Position numbers and translations under genes: made by a program
Shown here: positions 23,746 to 34,836 of the stretch, in pieces
How the letters are laid out: every line of letters begins with the position of its first letter
Numbering within the stretch: the first letter of the stretch is position 1
NCBI RefSeq assembly: GCF_002113885.1
Contig: NW_018480051.1
Span: 306,961-370,960, forward strand
Reading direction: 5' to 3'
DNA length: 64,000 nt
Source: Mizuhopecten yessoensis
Taxonomy: Eukaryota
Notes under the pieces: model-generated
Database searches by the model: none
The model's input: the letters and a program-made list of their open reading frames with translations, nothing else
Told to the model about the DNA's origin: nothing

Positions 23746-25007
23746 TCGCTTATGTTTTAAAAGAAAAATTGACTTTTGCAACATTAGCAATAGGATCAGA
23801 TTTTGTTGCACTTTACTAAAATACGCATGCAATATATGCAAACCCTGTAGGTAGCACGCAAGTAAATATCAAAATATTAAAATTATTTTTTTCCCATATA
23901 TACTTCATCAATTGAAAGGAAACTGATAAATGTTTTAAACCAATTGCAACTAAAGGCTTTTACCGAGAGAAATCCGTGATATCTCATCACAATAAATTAG
24001 GTGAATTTTTTTTCATTCAAGACACCTTTAAGCGAAGTTTAGTCAATCTAAAAAATTCTATAAAATCGGAAAAATATTTTAAAAGCATGTAAAAAATTCC
24101 TAGTTATTAGTTTATCAAAGAAAAATAAGACATAGCTGACAAACTGCCAAAATATTAGAGACAAAAGTTTTTTAATGAATGAAATATGTGAAATCTGTCA
24201 TAATTTCACCCCAAAACACACACAGTTTCATTTTCTTAGCATTTAAAACTTTCTAAACCTATTTCCTGTTCATTTAAAGCAGGTTACACCTTAACCCAAA
24301 ACACAGTTATTTCTGGAAAAGCCTTCATACTAATAAAAACAGCCCAAAAAAATAACTGAACAAAAATTGTATGTCTATTGGATGTTTTTTCAGCGATAGG
24401 ATTATCTATACATTGTGGTCTAACCCTTAAAACTGTTTAAACTGTACAGGAGCAATTTTTTATGTCATTATAGGGATTTGAAAAAAATTATATTATGTTG
24501 CAATTGGAAAAGGTGGACTTTTACCACATACAAAATAATCTAACCCTTTCAAATACCAGAACAAATAACAGATTTGTTTTTTGTATTTTGAAAATAGATT
24601 ATCAACACTTCCTAACCCTCATCACAAAGTTATCATATTAGTCAATAAACATCATGTTAAATTTAATTGAAATTGCAACATAACATATTTTCAGACATCC
24701 ATCACTCATTAAAAAACTCGAAAATTTCGAACTTTACCAGAGGGTTACAATTGGCAAAACTAATGTTAAAAAAATGACCAAAAGGGCAGCAAAATTCATT
24801 TCTTGAAAATAACTCGAAAAAAAACAACCACATACGCGTCAAGAGCAATGGACGTTATGTTGACATTATGTTGCAATTCGATGATCTTATGTTGCATTTG
24901 GGAAATTTGGCAAAACTTATGTTGCATAAAGGCCAACGAACTGTCAACATAGACGTCCCGGTTCTAACCCCAAACCTAAACCCTAACCCAAACCCTAACC
25001 CTAACTT

Positions 25008-25533
25008 TACAGAAATTGCAGAAGGCAACATAACAGACGATCAACACAACGTACCCCTTACAGAAATGGCAGGAGGCGACATAACAGACGATCAACACAA
25101 CGTACCCTTTACAGAAATTGCAGGAGGCAACAAAACAGACGATCAACACAACGTTCCCCTTACAGAAATGGCAGGAGGCAACATAACAGACGATCAACAC
25201 AACGTACCCCTTACAGAAATGGCAGGAGGCAACATAACAGACAATCAACACAGCGTACCCCTTACAGAAAAGGCAGGAGGCGACATAACTGACGATCAAC
25301 ACAACGTACCCCTTACATAAATGGCAGAAGGCAACATAACAGACGACCAACACAACGTACCCCTTACAAAAATGGCAGGAGGCGACATAACTGACCATCA
25401 ACACAACGTATCCCTTACAGAAATGGCAGGAGGCAACATAACTGACGATCAACACAACGTACCCCTTACATAAATGGCAGGAGGCAACATAACAGACGAC
25501 CAACACAACGTACCCCTTACAGATATGGCAGGA
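25008..25533. repeat. 51-bp tandem array, ~10 copies, each carrying GCAACATAAC or a variant
   Basis: Unit acagaaatggcaggaggcaacataacagacgatcaacacaacgtacccctt, period 51. Confidence 0.95.
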
Positions 25534-25534
25534 G

Positions 25535-25940
25535 ATCATTCTAGATCTATTGAAGTGTATCATGTACGAGTTTTAGTACAAGTACCTAAAACCGAGATAT
25601 GGAGATTGAATAAAGTTACTCATAACGGATTCGGACAGTCTTTTGTACCACGTCCAATGCTCAGACGTCTATGACGACATGTATCGGGACAGACACATGT
25701 TCGATCTGTCCAATTATCTGGTCGATTATCGTTGTCACGATACAAAGAACAAAAAAATAACTGGGTATTTTAAAGACGAAACGGGAAGCGAATCCATTGC
25801 AGAGTTTGTAGGACTCAGCGCTAAAATGTACTCATACGTCTATGCCGTACAATCAAGGTTAGAAATAGAAAATCTCACCGTTCTATGAAACGGTATAAAA
25901 GAAAAACAGGTAGCTAAAGGCATTGCAAAGACGACCATTA
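25535..25940 (+). pseudogene. Protein-primed family B DNA polymerase (Maverick/Polinton-type), palm region, 5' piece
   Basis: ILDLLKCIMYEF*YKYLKPRYGD*IKLLITDSDSLLY (motif C region), FDLSNY..NKKITGYFKDE..IAEFVGLSAKMYS, AKGIAKTTI. Confidence 0.85.
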
Positions 25941-28900
25941 TAGACTAGTCAGCCTACGGTTTGACCCGCACCTAATTCCAACAAAGACCATTCTTGTTGG
26001 ATTGCACTCAGAATATATGTAATTAAAACATACGAAAAGTCTAGAAAAATCTAAATAGGGGAACATATTGGATTTTCCGATTAAAGTGTGCAAAAATATG
26101 TTGATAATATATTGCGCGTATGTGTAGCCGTAGGTGCAAAGGGAGATAAATCCTACCAGCAAGCACGTTTGTTTATATTCTGTGAGCAGACTTATTTATG
26201 ACGACTTGACAGAAAGCTGTTGTAAATATGGTGAGTGGTGACAGACATTGAAATATAATGATCACTTACACTGTATATATACATGTAACATGATATAAAA
26301 ATGTTATTGTGTATGCTGAGTGTACGTGTTTGACTTGGTTGGAAAGTGTTGTCTGCTCGAGTCCCGAATCGTAAAACCGTGCCGTACAACAGGTTCATAA
26401 ACACTGAAATTTTACCAAACTAAGTGATGTCAGGGTTCAAAACAATTATTATACCAGAGTTCGATTTAATTTTAACCGTGTAGAAACGGTTATTTGATTA
26501 AAATTATTTTTTGAATGACTGGACCAGTGTATATTCCGTACGAAAAATAAAACTATGGAACCCTATAGTTGCCGTACACACTGGTTTGATCCGGTCTACG
26601 ACATACATAATGTAGATGGTAATTAAATGTACTTAACAGTTTGTTGTGCAGGTATACACGTCATTGCAATTATAAGTGACATTTAAACACATACAAATGA
26701 CATTGCTTATTCGCTTATTGACTTAGTCTTTTTATGGGAGCATGGGGGGGGGCTGTAAGTTCGACACCACGAATTATATATATATAAGGGTCCTGACGGT
26801 ATTTAATTGGACAGACGCTTGAGATACCGTCAAAAGCAATATAATACGATACGGAATGGTTTGTTTTTTGTTTTTGTTTACTATTTACTATTTATGGAAG
26901 ACAGGACATTTTCCCAAAAAATAGTGCGAATACGTTACTTAAAAAACCCATTATAGACCGAACTTACCCAGCTCTAAAGATCTCCCTGTCCACTTAAGTT
27001 TGCAAGCACCATCATTCCAAAAAAATAGATAAGGGGATAGGGGGGTGGGGGGTTGGGGGTCTACATACGATCAAATGGCCCATCCCCAATCCGATATTGT
27101 CAAACTGCTTTTACCTGCAATCTGTATAATAGAACATATTATCAATATTGTGTTTTATTATTTGTTTCATAATCATACAACTTCTGTTTTATTTAATTTT
27201 ATTTATATTATCTTGTTTTTATATCTTTTGTATTATAATTTTTATTATGTTCTTTTTGATATGATTTTGTGGAAAATGTAAACAAGTAACCGTCGTGTAA
27301 ACCAGACGTCTATGGTCTTCGGACTTCCAGAATGATCAGTGTTGCCAACAAAGGTATGGTAGGTGTGTATTTTTATATTTTATTTTTACACCTTTCTTTT
27401 TGCTTTTTGTTTCTTATAATTACATTTTACTTCCAATGTAACCGTTTTCTCTTTACCTCTATTAGTTTCATTTGCTATATATGTGATATACATTCCACAT
27501 TACCACCACGCAGACACTAATGGTGGTGATGTTTTTATTGCAGGAAATATGAGCCGCTGTGCAATTTGCAAAGTGCCTGTCAGAGACGGGGAATCTACAG
27601 TTACCCTTCGAGAAAAAGGCAGCAATGGTATCAACAAAGCCAGCAAGGCACGTGACAATTCCAACGTCAATACATCTGCTGGCGATGTGGTGCACACAGA
27701 GTGTAGGCGTATATACTGCAATGCGAACATTATAAAGCGGGATGCTGGGCTATTGGAAGCTAGGGATACAGACGACCCTTCTTGCCATCGCTCTTTACGC
27801 TCCACCAATACAGACCACCAAACACGATTCTGCGACATATGCATTTTATGTGGAAAGCCTGCAAAGACCTCTGATAAGAAGAGAGGGATCGATGTCTATG
27901 CCGTGCGGACAATGAGGTTCCAGGAGACTTTGGTACAAGCCTTTGATGACCGGAAAAATGATCAATGGGCACAGGAAGTAAAGGCACGTTTGGAGTTCGT
28001 TCGTGATCTCCCCGCTGCCGATGCGGTTTACCACCAGCTATGCAATGTGAACTTCCGTACCAACTACCAGATCCCGTTGCTTTTCACAAACGAAAAACCT
28101 AAACGACGCAAGTCATCTGGAAGACCAACAAGCGACCTTCACGAGTCCGGATTCCAACGGGTACTACAGTTCCTAAGCGAGCATGCCGAAGACCAGATCA
28201 CCATTGCAGTCCTTGTTGATCACATGAAAGGCTGTTGCGGAGAAGAGGCATACAGTCCAACACATATGAAGAGGAAACTTGTAAAACATTTCGGCTCTGA
28301 CATTATCATCACGGAAATAAACGGAAAACCCAACATTATAACGTTTAAAGCTACCGCATCTCACATACTTAGTGACTTTTATCAGCGACCTCAGAATCAA
28401 GACCCAGAGGCTGAAAAAAGAAGTATTATCGAAACAGCAGCGAAGTTGATAAAACGGGATATTAAGTCTATGGATACTTCGAAAGTTGTGTACCCATCAT
28501 CGTCAGAGATATCGTCTGGTGAAAAGAACATTGAATACCTTCCTGCTAGTGTACAGATGTTGTTGCGGTTGCTGTTCTGTGACCTGGACGCACAGGTTAA
28601 GATCGCATCAATTGGACAGGCCATAGTCCAAGCAACACGTCCAAGAGTCCTTATCGCCCCGCTCCAATTAGGTCTTGGCATTCAAATGCATCATCAATTC
28701 GCCTCGAAATTCCTAGTGGATACATTGCATCGACTTGGCTTTTGTGTATCCTATACTGAGGTACAAAAGTTTGAAACCAGTGCGGCTGCATCACAGGGAA
28801 CTGATATCCACGGAATCACACCGGAGCACACCATCCAGTACGTTGCGGACAATGTTGACCATAACCTGAGGACATTGGATGGCCACAACACTTTCCACGG

Positions 28901-31775
28901 AATGGGGATCATTGCTGGTGTCACACCAGCTGTATCACGCCAACGACCTGTTCCGAGGATATCCGTAACAATGGATGAAGTAACTGCGTTGGCGAAGATT
29001 AACATAGACTTCTTCAAACTTCACACTAATCCACTCGAAGCGTTGGTGTTTGAGAAGATTCATGCGGTTCCGAGGCAGGACGCTACCTGGAAACTTGACT
29101 TGCTTTCCAAAATCGCATGGACTCTACGGTCCCATAATGGGTGGTCGGCGATGATGCACGCGGTACAGGATGGCGATTTTCCGGGAAAATCGTCAGTTGT
29201 CTTTCTGCCAATGATCGACATGGACCCCAGCGATATGTCATGCATATACTCGACTCTACAATTCGTAAGCAAGGAAGCCAGACGGCACGGTGCTCATCCC
29301 ATCCTGACATTTGAAGGTAAATGCAGACAAGGCTCGGGACGTCGGGAACAAAATCTTGAAATCTATGGAAGGTCGGAATGTTGCGGAACATGTCTTTAAA
29401 AGAAGTGAGCAGGCAGTTACCCTTAGTACCAAATCAACAATTAAAGTAGACGGTGAAACAATCCACGTTGACCCTCAGCTACTTTTTCAAAGACTTATTG
29501 CCGCAGCAAACCGACTTGATGAGGACGCCTCCCATATCTTTGGCTATGAACTGAGCAGTTACCCGTCGTCTTTGTTCGATTCATCTGGACTTCCACGACC
29601 TGCACAGAAACCAGCACTCGCTGATGCCATATGGGGATTGGATGAGTGAGTGTCATTCCACGCCACCACGTGCACAAGTACATTTCGTACTTGACGGCGG
29701 GTCGCTGCTCCATCGCATTCCTTGGACAAGAGGGTCGATATTCTCCGATATTTGTCAGAAGTACGTGGAGTACGTGATTCGAAACTACAATCATCCCACA
29801 GTAGTGTTCGATGGATACTCGGCTGGTCCGTCTACAAAGGACATAACCCACGTACGACGAACAGGAGGAGCCATTGGTGCAAAGGTCGCCTTTACAGAGA
29901 ACATGCCTTTCAGGTCAAAGAAAGAACTCTTCCTTGCCAATGCCGAAAACAAACAAAACTTCCTAAACATGTTGAGCGAAAAACTAGAACTTAGTGGATG
30001 CCGGACAGTTCACGCGATAGGCGATGCCGATGTATTAATCGTGCAAACAGCTGTGGAGAGCGCCCGTGACATCGCTACAGTGTTGATAGGTGAGGACACG
30101 GATCTTCTTGTGTTGTTGCTGTTCCATTCTGATCTAGACGCCAATGACATTTTCTTCCAATCTGTACAATCAGGAACTAAGAAAATGAAGATATGGGACA
30201 TCAACAAAACGAAGAAAATCCTTGGACCCAGCACGTGTGCCCTCATGCCATTTGTACATGCCATTACAGGATGTGACACCACGTCTCGAATCTTTGGCAT
30301 CGGAAAAGGAGCCCCATTGAAAAAGGTGCAAGGTGACTCTTACTTCCAAGAACTGGCTGGTGTGTTTTGTAGGAAGGCGTCGCACGAGGACGTTGTAGCA
30401 GCAGGGGAAAAAGTAATTGTAGCACTATACAACGGCGAGCACACCGACGGACTGGACACACTTCGGTACAAGAAATTCTCCAACAAAGTCATGTTGAGCA
30501 CAACTTGTGTACAGGTGCATACATTGCCACCGACAACTGCTGCTGCTGCTAATCACAGCAAACGAGTCTATCTGCAGGTACAGCAGTGGATACGACCAGC
30601 CGAGCATTTGTCACCGTGTGAATGGGGATGGTATATCGCCAATGATAGACTGCTTCCTATGAGGACCCACCTACCACCAGCACCGGAACTGCTTTTAAAA
30701 GTTATCCGGTGCAATTGTAAAACAAACTGCGACTCAAAGCGATGCAGCTGTAGAAAGCATGGATTGGAATGTACCCCATGTTGTGGTGAATGCAAGGGTG
30801 TCAGTTGTTCGAACGGCCAAATCCTTATTGTGGAAAGTGACTTGAAAGACGAATCGTGATAACAAACTCGTCTGAGCTAGTAGATAATGTGTCGTGTCAT
30901 AAACTTTGTGAACTACGAACAGACTAATACATGTATGCTGGATGACGTTTTCTAATAATACCGTAACAACATAACGTTTTAGTTGTCCCACTCGTCAAAG
31001 CGATGCAGATGTATATGTTTAGGAATGAGCAACATGTTGTGGCAAATGGTCGTCAGGTTTTCTATAAGTCGATCATACCATGAAGACACTTGCAATAATA
31101 AAACACATAAAACACATATAAGACGTTGATAGATGGATAGCTTTTCCAAAAATGATATATAACACTACATTATGTTAACAGATATCAGACAACCGGGGCG
31201 ATCTCTATGGAAATTCAAAATTTACCCTGTCTGAAAATATTTGCATTGAAAATAACCAAACCTAATTTGTAAGACATCGATTGTCCATGTCTTTTATTAG
31301 ATTAGTACATATGATTAACCCGTTGTTGTTGCAACAAAAAACATGTGTGCAATGTACATATTTGAAATTATTGAGAAAATATCGAAATATTTTTCATTTT
31401 TTGGGGTAAATTTTAGGGGGTATGGGTGTTTTGTGTCATTTTAACAAGATTTATAATTGGTAAAACATCTTAAACTTACATTCAAAATAACAATATAGGT
31501 CTAAGCTTTCCATAAATACTACTATAACAACTCATCATGTCTTAAACGTAACTCTGTCGTATACAAAATGTTTATGAACATGGACAATTAAATGGCACAA
31601 AAAGTGGGGCATAGTGTTAAGTAAGACGTAATTTTCAAGACTTTGCCCTATTTAGATTTTTCTAGACTTTTGATATGTTATCTTCTGTATAAATAAGTGC
31701 AAGAAAAACACAAAACAAACTTTGTTGGAATTATGTATGGGTTGAGCCCTTTTTTGTCGTAGGCTGACTGGTCTA
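25941..31775 (+). mobile_element. AcademX DNA transposon with both ends, 5835 bp
   Basis: TIR TAGAC(T/C)AGTCAGCCTACG plus patchy inverted similarity over ~130 bp (aaaagtctagaaaaatctaaataggg); 3-bp TSD TTA at 25938-25940 and 31776-31778. Confidence 0.9.
27483..30859 (+). pseudogene. Academ transposase + XPG-like nuclease + Cys8 (CXC) protein, with an internal deletion near 29312 and a frameshift near 29640
   Basis: ADNVDHNLRTLDGHNTFHGMG; LDGGSLLH, VVFDGY, DADVLI, GEDTDLLVLL, HAITGCDTTS; C-terminal CNCKTNCDSKRCSCRKHGLECTPCCGEC. Confidence 0.85.
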
Positions 31776-31778
31776 TTA

Positions 31779-31925
31779 GACGAGATCTAAGACATGAAAT
31801 GTATAGGAACTGTTTATTCGAAAACAAAATTAAAATGTGTAAAATGAATTCGATTAGAAGCGATAAACACCAACTGTACGTGTATGCCGTCAACAAGTCG
31901 GGTCTGTGTGCCTTCGATGACGTGT
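31779..31925 (+). pseudogene. Protein-primed PolB, C-terminal piece continuing after the Academ insertion
   Basis: RDLRHEMYRNCLFENKIKMCKMNSIRSDKHQLYVYAVNKSGLCAFDD is in frame with KTTI once the element and one TSD are removed. Confidence 0.85.
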
Positions 31926-32103
31926 ATCATATACTATAGTTGGTAAAACTATTAGATTACATGTTTTTAAATAACATTGCTATATGCCATTGTTGGGTAT
32001 TCATTTCACTTACGTTACAATGTTGTAATTGGAGGAGTTCTATTTCTCAATATGAATGTTATTGACTATTAATAAAAAAAGGCGAAAACAAAATCGTTTG
32101 TTT

Positions 32104-32466
32104 TTAGTCAATTCTCTCTACATTCAGATATACAATCCAGCACCGACTCATCATACGTTGAAAAATGACTTCCACTTTACAATAGTATCGATGTCTCGTC
32201 AACCTTTTCATCTGATTACGAACTCTACCGTATTTTACTTCCACTACACTATCGATAAAGAAATGAGTTTCGTTTCTTAATTCAATGTAACGTTTCTTTA
32301 TGGCTCTGACGAGTTTACGAAAGATGACGGATCTGCAGATGTCGACCTCGTGACAACCAAATAAAATACTGATAAAACATAGATTAGTAGCATAATACGA
32401 GCTATCTCTTAATACCACATAACCGTACGAATTTATGACAGATTTAACCAAACGATTTTGATACAT
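32104..32466 (-). CDS. Small intronless ORF (120 aa), unknown, convergent with PolB
   Basis: ATG-to-stop ORF in AT-rich DNA next to PolB; no recognised motif. Confidence 0.35.
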   Translation of the reverse strand: MYQNRLVKSVINSYGYVVLRDSSYYATNLCFISILFGCHEVDICRSVIFRKLVRAIKKRYIELRNETHFFIDSVVEVKYGRVRNQMKRLTRHRYYCKVEVIFQRMMSRCWIVYLNVERID

Positions 32467-34134
32467 ATTTAAATGAGAAGGCTAACGAGACATCGATATA
32501 ACGAGACGCTATGCTCTTTACAATACATATTTGTACTAAAATAAATGTGAATTATATTAGTTAATGAGAGACAACTCTATCCAATAATATGAATGGCTAA
32601 ATATTAATCAAACTCGTCTACGCAACTGTATATAGTTATAGGAAAGGAAAGATCAGACAAATATGTATCGTATATAAGCTGTATCAATCATTGGAAAATG
32701 TTCTAACGTTAGAAACTTACAGCTTATATAAAAAAAACGACCTATATTATTGACTTGAACTATGATTGTGTATACAAGAGCGTCTATAGACATTCACTGA
32801 AAATGTTGACTTGCTATATATTGATCAAATTCATCTTGGCGTGTAGCCGATGATTGGGGTTGGGTTTTGTTCCGGTGGTACGGATGCATCCTTTTGTTAT
32901 CTATCAGCACCTAGCAAGGAATAAAATGTAAATAACAACACAATTAGCGCGACAGACTCATTGTCTATGATTTATCGGTTTTAAATTCTAGTAATATAAA
33001 TTCTATGTTTCTTAACCTGAAATTATGTTACTAGTTTTATCTCCAAGGACATTTATACTAAAATATATATTGTAGACATACACTGTAAATTTTATCTAAT
33101 GTGCTTTTATATTCAATCAACCTCGTAAATGCATATTCGTTATGTTATTTTTATTTTTTTATTTTTTTTACTGGACTTGAAGCTTACAAATACCAATGAA
33201 AAAAAATGTGATTGACACCGTACATGTCTGAAATCACTCTGTTTATCCTCTGCTTTGTTGTCTTGTTTCTATATTTGTGAGAAAATTGAAGCATTACATT
33301 TTGCTTCCGATGATCAAAGAAAAAGTTAATAAACTAAGTAACTCAATGAATCGCAAAATATACAAGTCATATCATATGAATATGATTCTATGAATGTATA
33401 TATGCTGTTACTAAACCGACTCTTACCAACAATTACGGTTTGTTTTGAAACTGTTCCTTTATGGACTTCAAATTCAAGTCGTCAATTTCAGTCCACGATA
33501 GTGGGAGGTAGTATTTGTTTATCCCTTTTCGTAATATGCATGAAATACTCTGCTTTAGCATCGAAATAATTCACTGACACGGTTATCTGACTGTTTACTC
33601 TAATATATAAACTTTTTTCTTTTACACCATCTGATTTTTCAAATTCCCGCATATCCACAACTCCATAAAGACAATTCTGAGCAATTTTGGCGCCAACTTA
33701 TGGAAAGTGACAGTTAACTGTATTGGCGCGCTTTTTATATGGCTGGCTATATGTGTGTTAAGGTAAAGCCGAATCGACCAATAAGAAAACACGTTTACGG
33801 AATGGTGAACATGAAGGTGTTTTTTTTAAGGCGTGTTTTTAGTGAAATACATTAGACAATCGTAATGAAATCATTTTTTCTCACACATCTGACCCTCATT
33901 AAAAAGAATAGATGTTAGGCAATGGATACAGATAAGAGAATATTTACATTTTTTTTAACATAATGCCTTCTAGCATTTCCTCTTTAATTAGTGATGATAG
34001 CAAATTTACATTTTGAATGTGTTTTATTTTAAAAACGCAATTAGGAGTATCCTTATGATTGTACTTTTAATGTAGAGTGTTGCCGGTTTTGTACTTTTAA
34101 TGTTGATTTTTCGTTAGTGCTAGTATCTTGATTA

Positions 34135-34674
34135 GTCCCTGCAGGTAGGGCGTAAGAATTGTACCTGCTGCCCCCAATTGCATGATCGTAAGAGGCGACT
34201 AAATTTGGGACCTTATCTCTTCTCTCCTTTCTAAATAACTTTCTTCTTCCTAATGTCTCCCTTGACAATGCCTCACTTTTGGCCATTTGTTGAGCGTTCG
34301 CCCCTGTGAGGAAGGCTTTGGGTTCTGTCCCCTGGCCGAGACATACCAAAGTCTTTAAAAATGGTAGTTTATACTCCTGCTTAACGCTCAGCAAATTAGG
34401 AGTGGGACGACTGGTTCGCCCGTTGTCAGTATAATGTGACCGGGTGGGGCGTCCTGCTGGGTGTCTTCGGCAGAATGTTTCAGTGAGGTAGCACTATAAA
34501 GTCGGCATCAGTTTCGCGCTATCACAAGGAGACAAACACGAACATATCGCAGCCTCCCAATATACACACACATACACTACACGCATGCATCTTGCACCCA
34601 GGGGAGGCCGTCCTTAAATGACCTTAGCTGTTAATAGGACGTTAAACAAAATCAAACAAACAAACAAACAAAAA
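34135..34674 (+). mobile_element. Composite SINE (V-domain-like + tRNA-like + Meta-domain-like, (AAAC)n tail), longest copy in the window
   Basis: tcgtaagaggcgactaaa; cataccaaagtctttaaaaatggta; tail gctgttaataggacgttaaacaaaatcaaacaaac; 13-bp TSD agtatcttgatta at 34122-34134 and 34675-34687. Confidence 0.85.
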
Positions 34675-34836
34675 AGTATCTTGATTAAACAAATCCGAGT
34701 TATCTCTCTTGACCTATCACCGCTCTTGACCTGTCACAATCATATTAAATTCCTAAAAATTCATGTTGTAATAGTACCACAAACGACGTTTAAACATAAA
34801 TAGAACGATAGTTTTATCTGTTGTATTACAAACACC

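Larger units (their letters stand above)
17673..24958. mobile_element. Putative non-autonomous telomere-repeat-rich element bounded by 18-bp direct repeats
   Basis: ctgtcaacatagacgtcc at 17673-17690 and 24941-24958; inverted near-copy at 24848-24865; (TAACCC)n immediately outside both ends. Confidence 0.55.

Noticed and set aside
17674-24865. Ginger-type TGT..ACA TIR pair
   Set aside because: No 4-bp TSD (accc versus ttat), and a third, direct copy at 24941 fits a direct-repeat boundary better; not fully excluded.
17580-25005. True telomere or chromosome-fusion scar
   Set aside because: TTAGGG runs are only 2-4 units, switch strand repeatedly and alternate with a non-telomeric motif.
24868-25563. 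Repeat-protein ORFs on both strands (TEMAGGNITDDQHNVPL; CHFCKGYVV)
   Set aside because: By-products of a 51-bp (multiple of 3) array; the plus frame has stops and begins in telomeric repeats (PNPNPN).
27500-30991. Multiple minus-strand ORFs within Academ
   Set aside because: Antisense shadows of the GC-richer transposase ORF, with no motifs.
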